DNA from: the human T2T-CHM13v2.0 reference genome, Homo sapiens
Assembly: GCF_009914755.1 (NCBI RefSeq)
Contig: NC_060938.1
Direction: 5' to 3' (one strand)
DNA: 64,000 bases
The notes beneath the pieces were generated by a model. It saw only the letters and a list, made by a program, of their open reading frames with translations, was not told the DNA's origin and ran no database searches. How positions within the stretch are numbered: position 1 is the first letter of the stretch; each line of letters starts with the position of its first letter. Position numbers and translations under genes: made by a program. Shown piece after piece: positions 43,001 through 57,299 of this stretch.

Positions 43001-43479
43001 TGTGCTGTATACGGAAGGGCGCTGCAGAGGGACTTATTTGGTTTGCCTCTGCCTAGCAGCCCTGGATGCTTCACCCTGCCCAACACACACCACTCTCCTT
43101 GTCAAGTGAAGCAGCCCATTGTCTTCGACCTGCTGTCTCTGACCTTCCTGGTCTTGATCCAGAAATACCCCAGAAGCTAACTGGGCTAATAACAAGCCCA
43201 CTCTTGTTCTTCACTTGTGTGCCTGTCACCCCTTCTCTGTGTTGCTCCTGACCTCCTCTGTCCCTAATCCTGCCTGGGTCCTCGCTCCTTGCTGCTCAGA
43301 CTCTTGCCTGAATCCCTAAGCCCCCAATGCCTGCTTGTCTGCTTCCACTTATCTGGCTACTTGCCTATAGTTCTGGTGACCCCTGGCAAGTGTCAGGCAC
43401 ATTGTGCTGGATGCCTCTCAAGGTTGCCAGCCTCTACTGGGGAAAGATCCAACATGTACTGCTTGCTTTTTTTGGTGCC

Positions 43480-43690
43480 AGCTTCTTTAAATCCATTACC
43501 TAATATAATGTTCAAAACAAAGCCGGGAGGATTGATATAGCATCATTATAATCTATGTGGGGGAAGGGAGGGGACTGGAAATTCAGAGACATTAAACAAC
43601 CCAAGGTCACAGAGCTGGTAAATGCAGGGCTGGGATTCCAGATCTGACTTCAGAATGGGAACACTGTCCATTCACCACACTGCCTCCAAG
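43480..43690 (-). mobile_element. MIR
   Basis: 'cccaaggtcacagagctggtaaatgcagggctgggatt...tctgacttcaga'. Confidence 0.65.
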
Positions 43691-45239
43691 GGAACTGATG
43701 CATACACTGCAGGCTTTGTGGAAGGTGTTGCACAATATAGGGCAGTTTCCTCCTTCTTACTTTCCCCTCCCCACTGCCTCTAGCTCCAGATCTTCTCCTT
43801 CAACATGGCTCTCAGGCTCATGTGACTCATGTGAGGAGAGGAAGAAACAGCGGCTTTCTCTGGGTACAAGAAATCCAATGCAGTGATTTGCAGCATGGGG
43901 TCTGACAATTAACTAAACAGGATGCCTTCCAGTGAGACAAATCTTACTTGTTTTTATTGCCACATTAAAATGTGACTCTTAAGCAAAACAAGAATATAAA
44001 TCTTACTGGAGGATGCTGGAGTTTAAAACAATATATACTCAACTCAATATTCAATAGAGAAAAGTCTTTATTGAAGGCCATAAACCTTTTTTTGCATGTC
44101 AGGCGGGGGGGATATGACCATAAAACTGGCTCTGGGTTAGTGATTTGGGAAATGAATAAAATGTTTGTCTGGGTCCCAGCTGGATTCTTGGGGGCAGCCA
44201 TTAAAGCCCCCATATGCAACAGCAACGTTCTGTAGATCTATGTTGTCCAAGTACAGTGTTTCTCCCTGAGGGTGCTCCTGGCATTTATAGCAGGATAATC
44301 TTCATTTGATGGCGGGGTGGGGTTGCATTGTACATTGCAGGACATTTACATCCCGGGAATAGACCCCTCCTTATTCCCAAGAATACTTCAGAGCATTTCC
44401 CAAAGAACCTATGAGGCTGTGCTTTTCTCCCACTTACCATGGAGCCCCAGAACAGGAGTCAGCAAACCAAAGGCGTCTTCACTCCCCCAAGCTCCAGTTG
44501 TTTCCTCTGTATACGAACAAGAATGCCATCTACCTTTCACTTACCTTTGGGTCTTGTGATTGTTCAGAACAAAAGAATAAGAAAAAAGAAGGCAGGGGAG
44601 AAAGAATAGAGAGGAGGTTAAGGTTCCCAAATAGTACTTTTTTATAAAAGGCAAAATCTTGACTCACAAATACAAAATAAACATGTCATTATTAATGAGG
44701 AAACTGGTAAGATGTTATAACTAGTTCAAAGGAGAATTTTTAAAACATCACATAGAACATCAGAAATGCTGAAATAAATACAGATAGATATAAAATTGAT
44801 CAATTTCTACAGAGAAATAATCAAATTCCACCCCCTGGACACAGTTTGCATTCCCATGGACTGGAATCACTTGCATTAGTACCAGAATTCCACATCTTGA
44901 CAGAGTTGTACAATAGTTGGTAATAAAAGATGACCCAAAAGGGTGCTCTAGATAGGACACCCACTAATCAATTTTGCCTATTTCCAAAGTCTTTCACAAT
45001 TTTTGCTGACAAGGTGGTTAGGTATGAGGGGTGTCTCTAAGAGAGGACTCTGTGTCCTGCCCTATTCCCAGCTAAGCCAAGGGTATGGCTATATAGACAC
45101 CCAAGGATTTGGCGACGGGGCTGGGGGAGGAGGAGCAGGTAGACAGCTCAAGTGCCAGGCTTCCCTTCAGTTTCCATGGAAGGGGAAAATCCTCACATAT
45201 ATTTTCCAATAGACCATAGCAGGACAGATGTCAGAATGC

Positions 45240-45700
45240 TGTAGAGATGGCTTCAGGGGATCTTTTTACATGTAGAATAAAATACCAGCCCCTTACTATA
45301 GCATGCAAGACCCTTCCTGATCTGGCTGTGCCCACCTCTGTGGTTTTCTCTCTTCACTCTCCCTTTCTTCTCTCCACTCCAGCTATGCAATCATCTTTCA
45401 GTCCATGAAAGAGGCCGAATTCCTTCCTGTTTTAGAGCCTTTGCACTTCTCTTTCTTCCCCCTTGGAAATCCATTCCTCCAGATTTTTGCATGGCTGCTT
45501 CCTTCTCATCATTCTGTTTCAGCCTAAATGTCATGACTGAGAATAGCTTCACCACCTCTGGTCCCCTTCACAATACTCCTTGTCTCCTCTTTTCATTGAT
45601 TCATTTTCGTGTCTATGACCTGGCTCTCTTCTCTAGAACATAATATTCTGATGGCAGACTTGTGCATTGCCGTCTGCAGCGCCCAGGAATCAGTGGTGCT
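45240..45700 (-). mobile_element. L2 fragment
   Basis: 'cccttcctgatctggc...ctccactccagcta...gcctttgcactt...tgcatggctgcttccttctcatcattc'. Confidence 0.65.
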
Positions 45701-46821
45701 CGGTATTTTCAGATCACCTGGTTGCTGAGGCAGCTAAGCCAAGGCAGCCTGCTTGTCTCTCTTAAGGCTAAGAGTAGCACAGGTGTGATAGTTGGATCTG
45801 GCCTCCTAACTGGGGTAAGAAGCTTAATGGATCTAGTATGAATTGTAATTGCTGAGGACCAAAAAGGAATGTGAACATTTTAGGAAATGACAGCTTGGCA
45901 GGCATCTCTGTAGCCAGGGTCCTGATGCCACAACACCATGCTAGTCCCCTGGGCATAGAGCCTACACCAAGGAAAGTGGGGGAAGGAAATAAGCCTGAAA
46001 TGACTGAGTTTGCCCTCAATTGGTGAGATTGTGTTTTCTGCAACCATGTGAAATGACTCAAAGAAAAAATTTAAACTTCTGTGTTTGAACACCTAAGTTT
46101 TGTGGCCTGCAATTATTTTGCCTGCTACATAAACAATTCTGTAGACTAACCATCAAAATTTTGGTAGATTATGGGTCTTGCATATTAATGTGTACAAAAG
46201 GCTAGTGTAAGGGGAGGAGGAGAAGGTTGAAACCTTTGCTTGTGTTAACCTACCCAGATATTCCCCATCATCTTGAACTTAATTTTCTGTCTTACTATGT
46301 TTGTTCGCATTGACAATACAGTGAGGGCCTTGGAAGGAAGGGGGTGGGAGATGGAGAAACAAGGGGGTGTCTCTAATTTTTATCTTTACCACAGGAACTC
46401 TAAGGACATCCTTTCATGCTCTCAACACATATTAATCAAATGTTTACACGTGTCAGGCACTATTCTAGGTGCTTGGGATACAGCACAGAACAAATGAGGT
46501 GATTGATTCTGCCCTGAGAATCTTACAATCTTGCAGGGGAAGAGAACAATACATAATAAGTTGACAATAAACAAGAAAATTACATTGCAGGTTAAAAGGA
46601 GAGGAGTGCTTAGAAAAAGAAAAAAGCAGATCAGGATAAAGAGGACTAGGAATGGGTGGTAAAGGGCAGAGCAGCTTTGGGTATTACTGTGTTCAGGAGA
46701 GACCTCATTCGAGCTATGATTGAAGGAAGTGGCGGAACTACTTGAGCATCAGGTGAGGAAACAACTCGAACAAAAGCCTCATGGGGTAAGGCGGGGCCTG
46801 GTTTATTTAAGAACAAAGGGA

Positions 46822-47091
46822 GAAGTGTCTGTTAACATCCAAACACCGCATGTTCTCACTCATAGGTGGGAACTGAACAATGAGAACACTTGGACACAGG
46901 ATGGGGAACATCACACACCAGGGCCTGTCGTGGGGTAGGGGGGAGGGGGATGGATAGCATTAGGAGATATACCTAATATAAATGACGAGTTAATGGGTGC
47001 AGCACACCAACATGGCACATGTATACATATGTAACAAACCTGCACATTGTGTACATGTACCCTAGAACTTACAGTTTTAAAAAAAAAAAAA
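46822..47091 (+). mobile_element. 5'-truncated L1PA 3' end with a short 5' inversion
   Basis: L1 3' end 'aaacaccgcatgttctcactcataggtgggaa...cctagaactt' plus poly(A); TSD aagaacaaaggga at 46809-46821 and 47092-47104. Confidence 0.92.
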
Positions 47092-47225
47092 AAGAACAAA
47101 GGGAAAAAGGCCAATGTGCCCAGAACCAGTGAGGGAGAGGAGAGCAGCAGGAGTGGAGTCAGGGAGTTAATAGGAGCTGGATCATGCAGGGTTTTATAGG
47201 CTTTTACTCTGAATGAAATCAGGGA

Positions 47226-47624
47226 TATACTAGTTTCCTGTGGCTGCTATAACGAATTACCAAAAACTTGGTGGCTTAAAATAATAAAATGTATTCTCTC
47301 ACAGGACTAGGGCTCAGAAGTCCATAGTCAGGTTCACTGGACTGAAAACAAGGTGTCAGCAGGGCTGTGCTCCTCAGGAGCTCTGAGGAAGAATTTGTTC
47401 CCTGCCTCTCCCAGCACCTGAAGCTGCTTCACTTCAATCTCTGCCTCCATGATCACGCTGGCTTCTCCTCTTCTATCTGTTAACTCTCCCCCTGCCTCTC
47501 CCTTATAAGCCTCTCCCTTATAAGGAGACATGTGATTGCATTTAGGGCCTATCTAGGTAATCCAGGGTCATCTCCCAACCTCAAGATCCTTAATTTAATT
47601 GCAATTAACAAAGAGCTCCCCCCT

Positions 47625-47655
<31 letters not shown>

Positions 47656-47732
47656 GCCACATAAGGCAACGCTCACAGGTTCCAAGGATGAGGACATGGA
47701 TATGTTATAGGGACTGTTTTCCCATCCACCAC
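47226..47732 (-). mobile_element. MLT1C-like LTR
   Basis: 'tagtttcctgtggctgctataac...ggtggcttaaaa...aaggtgtcagcagggctgtgctcc...tgtgattgcatttagggcc'. Confidence 0.85.
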
Positions 47733-48147
47733 AGACACCACCACAGGGTTTTGAGCAAACATGATCAAATATACCTTTTAAAAGCATGCAAAGAACCCTC
47801 AGGTAGTGGAGAAAAATATAGAAGCAGGAAGAACATGATAGCAGGAAGGCTTTCATAATAATCCAGGTGAGACATGATAGTAGCTCAGATCAGGGTGATA
47901 GCAGTGGAGATGGTAAGAAATGTCAGATTCTGAGTATATTTGAAGATAGAACAAACAGCATCTACTAAAAGATTAGATATGGAGTATGAGAGAAAGACAG
48001 GAGTTAAGGTTGACTCCAAAGTTTTGGATTTGAATAAAAAAAAATAGAGTTGCCATCAACAGAGAAAAACAGCATTTCTGGTGGAGCAGATTCAAAGGAG
48101 AAGATAGTTTGGGACAAATTTGAGGTGCTAGTCTGCTGGTTTGACAT

Positions 48148-48980
<833 letters not shown>

Positions 48981-50134
48981 GACATCCAAGTGGAGATGTC
49001 AAGTAGGCAGTGGCATATACTAGTCCAGAGTTCCAGACTAAGGTCTGTGTTGGAGAAATATAGATGGTATTTAAAGCCAAGGGACATGATGAGATCATTA
49101 AGGAAATGAAATCAGACAGAGAAGAGATTCAATGACTGAGCCCCAGGGTAGTCCAACACTGAAAGGTTGGGAAAAAGAGAATGACTCAGAAGAGACTAAG
49201 AAGCATTCACTGAGAAAGGAGGAAGGCCAGGAGGGTATGGGGTCCTGGAAGCCTAGAAAAGAGAGTGTATCCAGGAGGAGAAAAGGCTGAATTGTGTCAA
49301 ATGATGCAGATAGGGCACGGAAAGTGAGGAATGTGGATTACCTTTTGATTTAACCAAATGGAAGTTATTGGTGATTTTGACAAGAAGACTTTGATGTTAG
49401 AAGAGTTTAGGACAGATGGGAGGAGGGGAACTGATGGAAACTAGTGCCTTCGTCTCTTCCAAGGAGTTTTGTTGCAAAGAGGAGCAAAGAAATGGGACGT
49501 AGTAGGTGGGGGAAAGTGGAGTTAAGAACAAGGCTTTTTTTTTTTTTCACTTTTGTTTAGATGGGGAAAATAACTGAATGCCTGTATCTCCCAAGTAAGG
49601 AATGATTCAGTATAGAGAGAAAATTGATGATGTAGCAGAGAGAAAGATAAATTGCTGGAAGAATGTCCTTGAAAAGACAAAAGAAAATGGATGTTTATCT
49701 AAGCTAATGTACACAGAGGCAGAATCTGTGGTGCAGATGCTGGTGGGGGATAGATGTGGTTGTGAGAATCTGTGGAAAGTCTCTGTTTCCATTTTTCTAG
49801 AGAATTAGAAACAAGATTATCTGTCTAGAGCAAGAATAGTGAAGGAGGCATTGGTAGTCTGAGAGTCATCTAGGAGAATAGCAGAGTGTGCAAGTGTAGG
49901 GAAAGCCAATATTACAGTGAATGCTTCAATCGCATCTTTGTTGAATGTGATGGAAGGAGAAGCCTAGGGAAGGCATGGTTTTAGTTCATTAGACTCGCAG
50001 GGGCTTTTAGGAGCCTCTTTGCATGAATGCATCAAGAGCTGATGAAAAACATGATGAGGGAGAGCTCAGGGCTGGAATGGTGTCTTGAGCCTTTCAAACA
50101 AAGGGCTGCTCCAATCTCAGAAGTGGCTGTGTGT

Positions 50135-50194
50135 GGGTGGGGTGGGGTGGGGAGGAGTGGGGTGGGGTGAGGTGGGGTGGTTGGGGGGGTGGGG
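50135..50194 (+). repeat. (GGGGT)n-like G-rich tract, predicted G-quadruplex
   Basis: At least eight runs of three or more G with short loops. Confidence 0.8.
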
Positions 50195-51516
50195 ATGCAG
50201 AACAAAGAAGCAGCCCTAAAAAGAAATGAGGCAGCAGACAGCGGACTCACCCTCAGGTAAAAGACAGTCAGCACATGCTGTGGCCTTTTTAGGCAGATTA
50301 TTTAGGGTAAATTATCTGCTAAATTACTTGATAGAAAAGAGCATGACCTGAAAGGCCCAAGTGAACATCTGGGGATTCAAAAGGCTGTGGCTATTTAGGA
50401 GCCAGGACAAATATTCAGAGCCATCATCTCCCTGGTGGAGGGGAGCAAGAGGAGACCTCAGGGGAACCATGATAATTGCTGTGAGTGGACTGGCCTGGGA
50501 CTGCCCCAAAGCTGAGCTCATGAACCTTCTGATCAAATGGCCCAGGAAGGGATTTGTCTATTCCCCAGACTTCGTCCTGAAACTTGCTCTTGAGAGAACA
50601 GAGGATGTAATCAGCCACCAGCAGTGCTCTGCCAGGTGCCCTGGCCCCACGCAAGTTGTCTGGACCTATTTGGGAGTTTGTCTAATCCTTCCCGGCACCA
50701 AGAGGAAATGGGAGAGCCTGAAGAATGTGGATTAAGCGTTCCCAGCTGCTGACATGCTGCTGACTGTGGCAGATAAGAAGGGATGAGTGGCATGTGCTGA
50801 ATGCAAGCTCCAATATTACTTGACTACATTCAGATGGCTGGTGTTCAGGGTACTTGAAGTTATTCAGACCCATCCGCCCTGTTTAGGAAGTCTGATGTGT
50901 GTTTGCAGACATGTGTGAGGAGCCAAGGGTGCAGCAGAGCCAGTATGATGGCTCATATTTGCTTAGCTCACACATTGCCACGCTGGTTCCAAGCACACGG
51001 TCCCTGGACACACTCCCTCCTCCTTTTCATAACTGTTACAGAGAGTGAAAGGGGCCTGTGTGCTAGTAATCCAGGCAACTCTCTGACCATCTAAAAGGTA
51101 AGTTTCCATGCCATTAACTCCTGTACCTCCCAAGTAAAGAAACTATAGAATATGAGCATGCATACTGGAAATGAGAACAAAGACTTGCAATTTGATGTAT
51201 TAGGCCCTATTGAGTACGGAGAGGATGCATTACACTGGGAGTCATGTGACTAGTCATATGACCACAGGAGGCCATGTTACTTCTCTGAGCTCCAGTGTTC
51301 TTATTTGTAAAATAAAAGAATTAGACTAGACCAAATCGGTGTCTGCCTGCCTGCCTTCCTCCCTCCCTCCTTCCTTCCCTTTCTTCACATGGAACTCTTT
51401 CTTCAAATGAAAAAAAAAAAAAACTAGCCCTACACTTTTGCTTGTAACTTGTTTCTAGCTTTTTAATGTGAAATTATCATTCACATAATAGTTTATGGAT
51501 AATACGTGGTATAGTC

Positions 51517-51705
51517 CAGGGGTTGGAAAACTTCTCCTGTAAATGGCCAGGGTAAATATTTTAGGCTTTGTGGGTCGTTCAGTTAAGTGAGAAAGCAGTG
51601 ATAGGTAATAGGTAAACCAATGGGTGTGACTGTGTTCTGATAAAACTTTATAAATACAGGTGGCAGCCCAGATTTAGTCCATGGGCTATAGTTTGCCAAC
51701 CCCTG
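51517..51705. mobile_element. MER58A hAT MITE
   Basis: TIRs 'caggggttggaaaact' and 'agtttgccaacccctg'; internal 'gtaaatattttaggctttgtggg'. Confidence 0.85.
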
Positions 51706-51891
51706 GGATGGTTCCATTAGCGGTTTCCTCAATTCTTGAAGCCTGTATGAGAACTCCAAGGTTAAACTGAATGAGGGAGGAGCTGAGACTAACTAGATCA
51801 CTCACTGTACTGCCCTTGACCTGATAGTATTTCTCTCACATCCCTAAATATAGGATTTATCTCACAGCCTAAATATAGAAGTTCACAAATA

Positions 51892-53487
51892 GAGGGGACT
51901 TCAAAAAGTTCACGAAAAAATTGAGTTAAAATATAAAGATAAAAAATATAAACTGTATTTCTCAGCATACACTCCATCAAGGTCAAGACATTTCTGTAAG
52001 AGATGATATCAGCCATTTAGTCCATCCCTAAAGAACAGAGGATCCCAGAAACTTAACCATGTCAATACAGTCTTTTTTTACATTATTAACTGAGGGAAAA
52101 TTGGTGCCTTTTAAAGACTTGTTTTTTTTTTTTTAAGATTAGGAAACAAAAAGAAGCAAGAAGGAACCAAATCTGGATTGTAATGTGGATGCCTAATGAT
52201 TTCCCACTGAAACATTTACAAAATTGCCTGTCTGATGAGAGGAATGAGGAGGAGCATTGTCGTGGTGAAGGACTCTGATGAAGCTTTTCCAGGTGTTTTT
52301 TCTTTCTTTTTTTTTTTTCTTTGCTAAAGCTTTTGCTTTCTCAAAACACTCTTATACTAAGCAGATGTTATTATTTTTTGGGTGTCCAGAAAAATCAACA
52401 AGCAAAATGCCATGACCATTCCACAAAACTTTGCTATAACTTTTGCTTTTGACCAGTCCACCTTTGCTCTGACTGGACCCCTTCCCTCCCTGGTAGCCAT
52501 TGCTTTGATTGTGCTTTGTCTTCGGGATCGTACGGGTAAGGCCATGTTTCATCTCCTGTTACAATTCTTTGAAGAAATGCTCCAGAATCTTGGTCCTACT
52601 TGTTTAAAATTTCCATTCAAAGCTCTGCTCTTCTCTGCAGTTGATCTGGGGTGCAATGGTTCTGGTACTTGTTGAGTGAAAAGTTTTCTTAACTTCAGTT
52701 TTTCAGTCAAAATTGTGAAAACTGAACAATTGAGATGTTTATGGGGTTGCCTATTGTTTCTGCTGTTCATCATTGGTCCTCTTCAATTAGGGCAAAAACA
52801 AGATTATTTTTTCCTCTCAAATTGATGTAGATGGTCTGCTGCTATGAGCTTCATTGTCAACATTGCCTCACTCCTTCTTAAAATGAGGTATCCTTTTGTA
52901 AACTGCTGATTTTCCTGGGCATTGTCCCTATAAACTTTTCACAAAGCATCAATGATTTCACCCTTCTTCCACCCAAGCTTCAACATAAACCTGATGTTTG
53001 TTCTTGCTTTAATTTTAGCAGAATTTATGTTGCTCTGATACATTTTTTGTTTGTTGTTGTTTTTTTTTTTTTGACAGAGTCTTGCTCTGTCTGAAGTGCA
53101 GTGGCACAATCTTAGCTCACTGCAACCTCCACCTCCCAGGTTCAAGCATTCTTGTGCCCCAGCCTTCCGAGTAGCTGGGATTCCAGGTGCCTGCCACAAT
53201 GCCCAGCTATTTTTTTTTGTATTTTTAGTAGAGATGGGGTTTCACCATGTTGGCCAGCCTGGTCTCAAACTCCTGACCTCAAGTGATCTGCCCACCTCAG
53301 CCTTCCAAAGTGATAGGGGCTCTTTTTAAGTGGATGTCTTATTCTTCTTAGCACCTCAAATTATATCCTGTTAAGACATGTTATAACAAGTTATTACACA
53401 TTTATTTTGGTGCAAAAAATAATATTGAAATCCATGCACAGTTTTTCCATAATTTACATTTTCCATGAGCTTTTTGAAGACCTCTTG
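51892..53487 (-). mobile_element. Full-length HSMAR2 mariner transposon, defective and Alu-interrupted
   Basis: TIRs 'gaggggacttcaaaaagttca' and 'tgagctttttgaagacctcttg' with TA flanks; transposase remnants 'NSAKIKARTNIRFMLKLGWKKGEIIDAL' and 'PVRAKVDWSKAKV'. Confidence 0.88.
53041..53310 (-). mobile_element. AluS, 5'-truncated, inside HSMAR2
   Basis: Alu body ends at 'ttccaaag'; flanked by TGATA at 53036-53040 and 53311-53315. Confidence 0.9.
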
Positions 53488-53999
53488 TATATGCTCCAAG
53501 CGAATTGTCTTTACTTAGAAAGAAATTGCTCCATATTCGTGAAGGGAAAAGAGACCAAGAACCCAAACTGTTGTTGACCCGACTGATAAGCCAACTGGCA
53601 ACCACTCTCCACTATCCCATAAGGCTAATGACAAGTCCCGAGCTGGATCCTGAAATCAATGGGATCCTGTCACTTTCTTCCACCAGAGCAGAGGCCCCAA
53701 AGGTAGTCCACACAATGCTCCTCTCCACTTGTGTAGCATTTGTTGCATGAGTAGTTTCCAAAAGTCCCAATGTCAGGTTGTTAATTGTGTAACAATCTGC
53801 CTATGTGAGGATAGATTCTCTAAGTTTATAATGATTTAGATTCTCTAGGTCTATATTAAAACTCTCATATGTACAAAATTTTACAGTTGTAGATGATACT
53901 TCCTGAGCTATTTTTCTGGTCCTCTTTTTCTGAGTACCATTCTTTCCCACCTCTAGTCATCATATTCTATATGATAGGAGCCCAAAGGGTGCTCAAAGG

Positions 54000-54690
54000 C
54001 CCCTTTGCTGCCTCAGGATCTTTGCACATGCTGTTTCCTGGACGTGAATCTTTCTTCCCCCAGCTGTATCCCTGATTAATGCCTACTTATCTTTCAAGTC
54101 TCAATTTATATATCATTTCCTAAAAAAAAAAAAACCTCCCTTGGCTCTCTAATCTAAATTAGTCCTTTCTGTTATTCTTAGTATCTTATTTTCCTCCTTT
54201 ATCACACTTATCATAAGTGTTATCATATATTTTGTTGTCTTCAGTTTAACATCTGCTTCACTACAAGAATTTAGGGGAGCAGATGGAGACCTTATCTATT
54301 TCGTTCAACATGGTATCCCCAGCATATAACACCACGCAGTTAGTTGGAAATTAATTCACATTTTTTGGATGAATGACCCATCACTTGCTGCTGTTGATTT
54401 AAAAAAGGCTGACATCTTTCCGGGGCTGGAGTCCCTGCAACCTGGCCTTGGGTTCTTCCTAACCACACACAAGAATGCTCACAGTTTGCATAGACTCTGG
54501 GCACTCCCATGGGCATTAGGAAGGGGGGAAAAAAGTGGAGGGAAGGAGTGAGAAGAAAAGTCAGCAGAGTAGATGTCCTTGTTTCCAAAATGTTAAAGGA
54601 AATGTTTAGAACTCCCAACCAGTCTGGGCTTGAACTGAGTCCTTCATATCATGAGAATTTTCTTCTCCCTTGAGGAGAACTACCTATTTA
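54000..54690 (+). repeat. Local duplication unit, copy 1 (L2 end plus non-repeat sequence)
   Basis: Collinear with 57300-58009; shared 'aaaaggctgacatctttcc' and 'actctgggcactcccatgggcattag'. Confidence 0.85.
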
Positions 54691-56681
54691 CTGACACTTT
54701 TCACACTTATGGTCATCCTGCTGCTGTCCCCACTACTTCTGTCCCTAACATACCCAGTTCCTTGGTCTGTGCCTAACCTATGGGCAAGTAAAGTTTCTTC
54801 CCTGAGAATGACCAATGGAAACTGAAAGAGTTCGTTTCCCACACATAAATTCGGTGACCATGATTTATGAATCATGATTTATGGTCTATAAATAAAGAAG
54901 ATTCAAACAGATGTGAAGGGAGAGCTAGCAAGGACAGCTAGAGAGAGAGCCCTGATGCATTCTAGTTCCTGGTTACAGTTCTTTCCTGAAGTCTCCCTGC
55001 AAACTTGCCCTCAGGTGCTTTGAGAAACCCACCTTTTTGATTAGGCAAGTGACCTACGGTAAAACAAATTCTAAGTAAACTTAATGATTTCTCACAGATT
55101 GTCCTGTTTAATCCTTACAATAACACAGTGGGGGTGGTATTACTATCCCCATTTTACAGATGCTTTTTGTTACATGAAAATTAGTCCGAGATTAATTGTT
55201 AGGGAGACTTAAGTTCTAGTCTCAATTCTACAATGACTGCTACTTCTAAAGCAGATTAACTTCCTTCAGCCTCAGCCTTTCTCAAAAAGCAACTTAGACT
55301 GGCAGAAAGATTCACACAAGTGGTTAAGCAAGATCCTATTTGTAATTTATGAAATCAATGGCCATGACCTGGAAGACTTCGTATGGGCAGAGCTGTCAAC
55401 AGCATGGTCTGTGTCTCCTCATCCCTAAGTGCATGAATTAGATTTTATAGCATGTAAGATGCCTTCAAGCTCTAAAATTCAACAGACTATTTTCTGGCCC
55501 CAGCTAGCAAGAGGTTCATTCTCAATCATGAAAGAACTGAAAATGGCTAATAAATTTGGTGAAACATTTGGACAACACAGTCATGGAACCACTTGAATCT
55601 ATAATAATTCTTTTTGGCTCTAAAAACCTTTGGAATTTTTCCCTTTTATTATAACTACATGGATCATTACTTGGCAAAGAAATTTCCCCTAATATTGATC
55701 TATGAACATAAAGAATTATATCTCAGAATAAAAGAATATAAAAATAAAGCCTACTAACTTACTGACAATAAAAGTAGGGGCTGAATTTTCATGAAAACGA
55801 ACAAACAAAAGCTTCTATGGAAACTGGATGAGCTGAGAAAATGAGCAAGCTTAATTGATTTACCCTGAGTTAGTGGGTTTCAAGCAAATGTTCCCCAGTT
55901 CTGAGCTTCCAATGTTTTGACATTGTTTAATATCAAGAATTGATCACTGAATTCTTAGTTGATTGTCAGCCCACTCAGAGCTGTAACTTTGATTGTCATC
56001 TTTACCAGAGTGTCCCAGGACCTCATCTGCACAGTTACTAGTATTTCTTGGATGAATGACATTTCAGAAAACCAAGATCCTGTAACCCCACAGCATAATG
56101 GGGAAACACCTAAACAAAGCCTACTAGCACTGGACCTCACTGAGTTCCCAAACTGAAAAACCCATTAAGATAGACTCCGAGGATGATGGTCTGCCAACTA
56201 CATTGACATGTATTTTCCAAAAGTGGCATACAATTTGGATCAGATGAAATTTAGGGACAACCTGTATTTTTCAAACTTCTGTGATTCAGAAAAAATCAGG
56301 TCTATTCCTATAATAGTTCCTGGCACATATGTGGTTTTCAAGGAATGGTTTTTAAATGAATAAATTAACTTTACATATGTGTATAAGTATCAAAGCTTTT
56401 AAGTATATATGCATACTATGTTCATATTTTATTACATATAAAAGGAAAAATTTTTTTGTTTTGCATTATCCTTCAATCTTACTTCTTCATCTCAGTTTGG
56501 ACATATACATGTGACTCAGCTAATCCAAAGTACATTCTACCATATTGGCTTTAGAGGCTCATCTTCTGACCCATTCATGACCTCATTAACTGAAGCTTGA
56601 CTGAGACCTGAGAAAACTCAATTAAACAGCACTTTGCTTGTCCAAGGCACCTAAACCTTATTTTTTTTCCTTTGCCACATG

Positions 56682-56683
56682 GA

Positions 56684-56718
<35 letters not shown>

Positions 56719-56725
56719 GCAGGCA
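56682..56725 (+). repeat. Compound STR (GATA)5(GACA)4(GGCA)2
   Basis: Direct read. Confidence 0.9.
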
Positions 56726-57299
56726 GATGGATAATAGATATTTAAGTTTTAGTTGCCCTTTTAGAGCAGAATACAAATCCTGAATTTCCCTTTGTTCCTG
56801 CTCAAGCAGCATATAATATGGTGTCATCCTCTACCTGTAACAGGGCTGTTCATTTCATTGAGTTGCCAGGTCCTTTGCCTTCATTAGCCCTCCACTGCCT
56901 TTCATTTGATTTGCATCTCAGGTTCCCCATATAGGTAATGATTCTAATTTTGAAAATTTCCAGAGGTTACAGCAAAGAAACTGAGTCAGGAAGAAAGACA
57001 TACACAGAAATGATACAAGTATTCCTGGCTCCCCTCACCCCTGCCCCGTGATTCACCCCTGAGAGAAAGGATGGGCTTCAGGGGACCATGGAGCTTGGGG
57101 CCCTGAGCCTTCCTCTATACTGCTTTTTCTTCAATAAATGGGCACTCATAGTTAGTTAATGTCAGAGACATCTTGACAAATGAAAATCAGAACCTTTGCC
57201 TGAAACCACCAAAGACTTTTAAAAAGGCACCAGTCCCTCTCATGCCCTGCTCCCTCTTATCCACTACACAACTGCCACAGCAACCTCACCCTCCCTTCT

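Noticed and set aside
47494-47523. 15-bp tandem duplication (gcctctcccttataa)x2 in MLT1C
   Set aside because: Ordinary slippage; no further significance visible.
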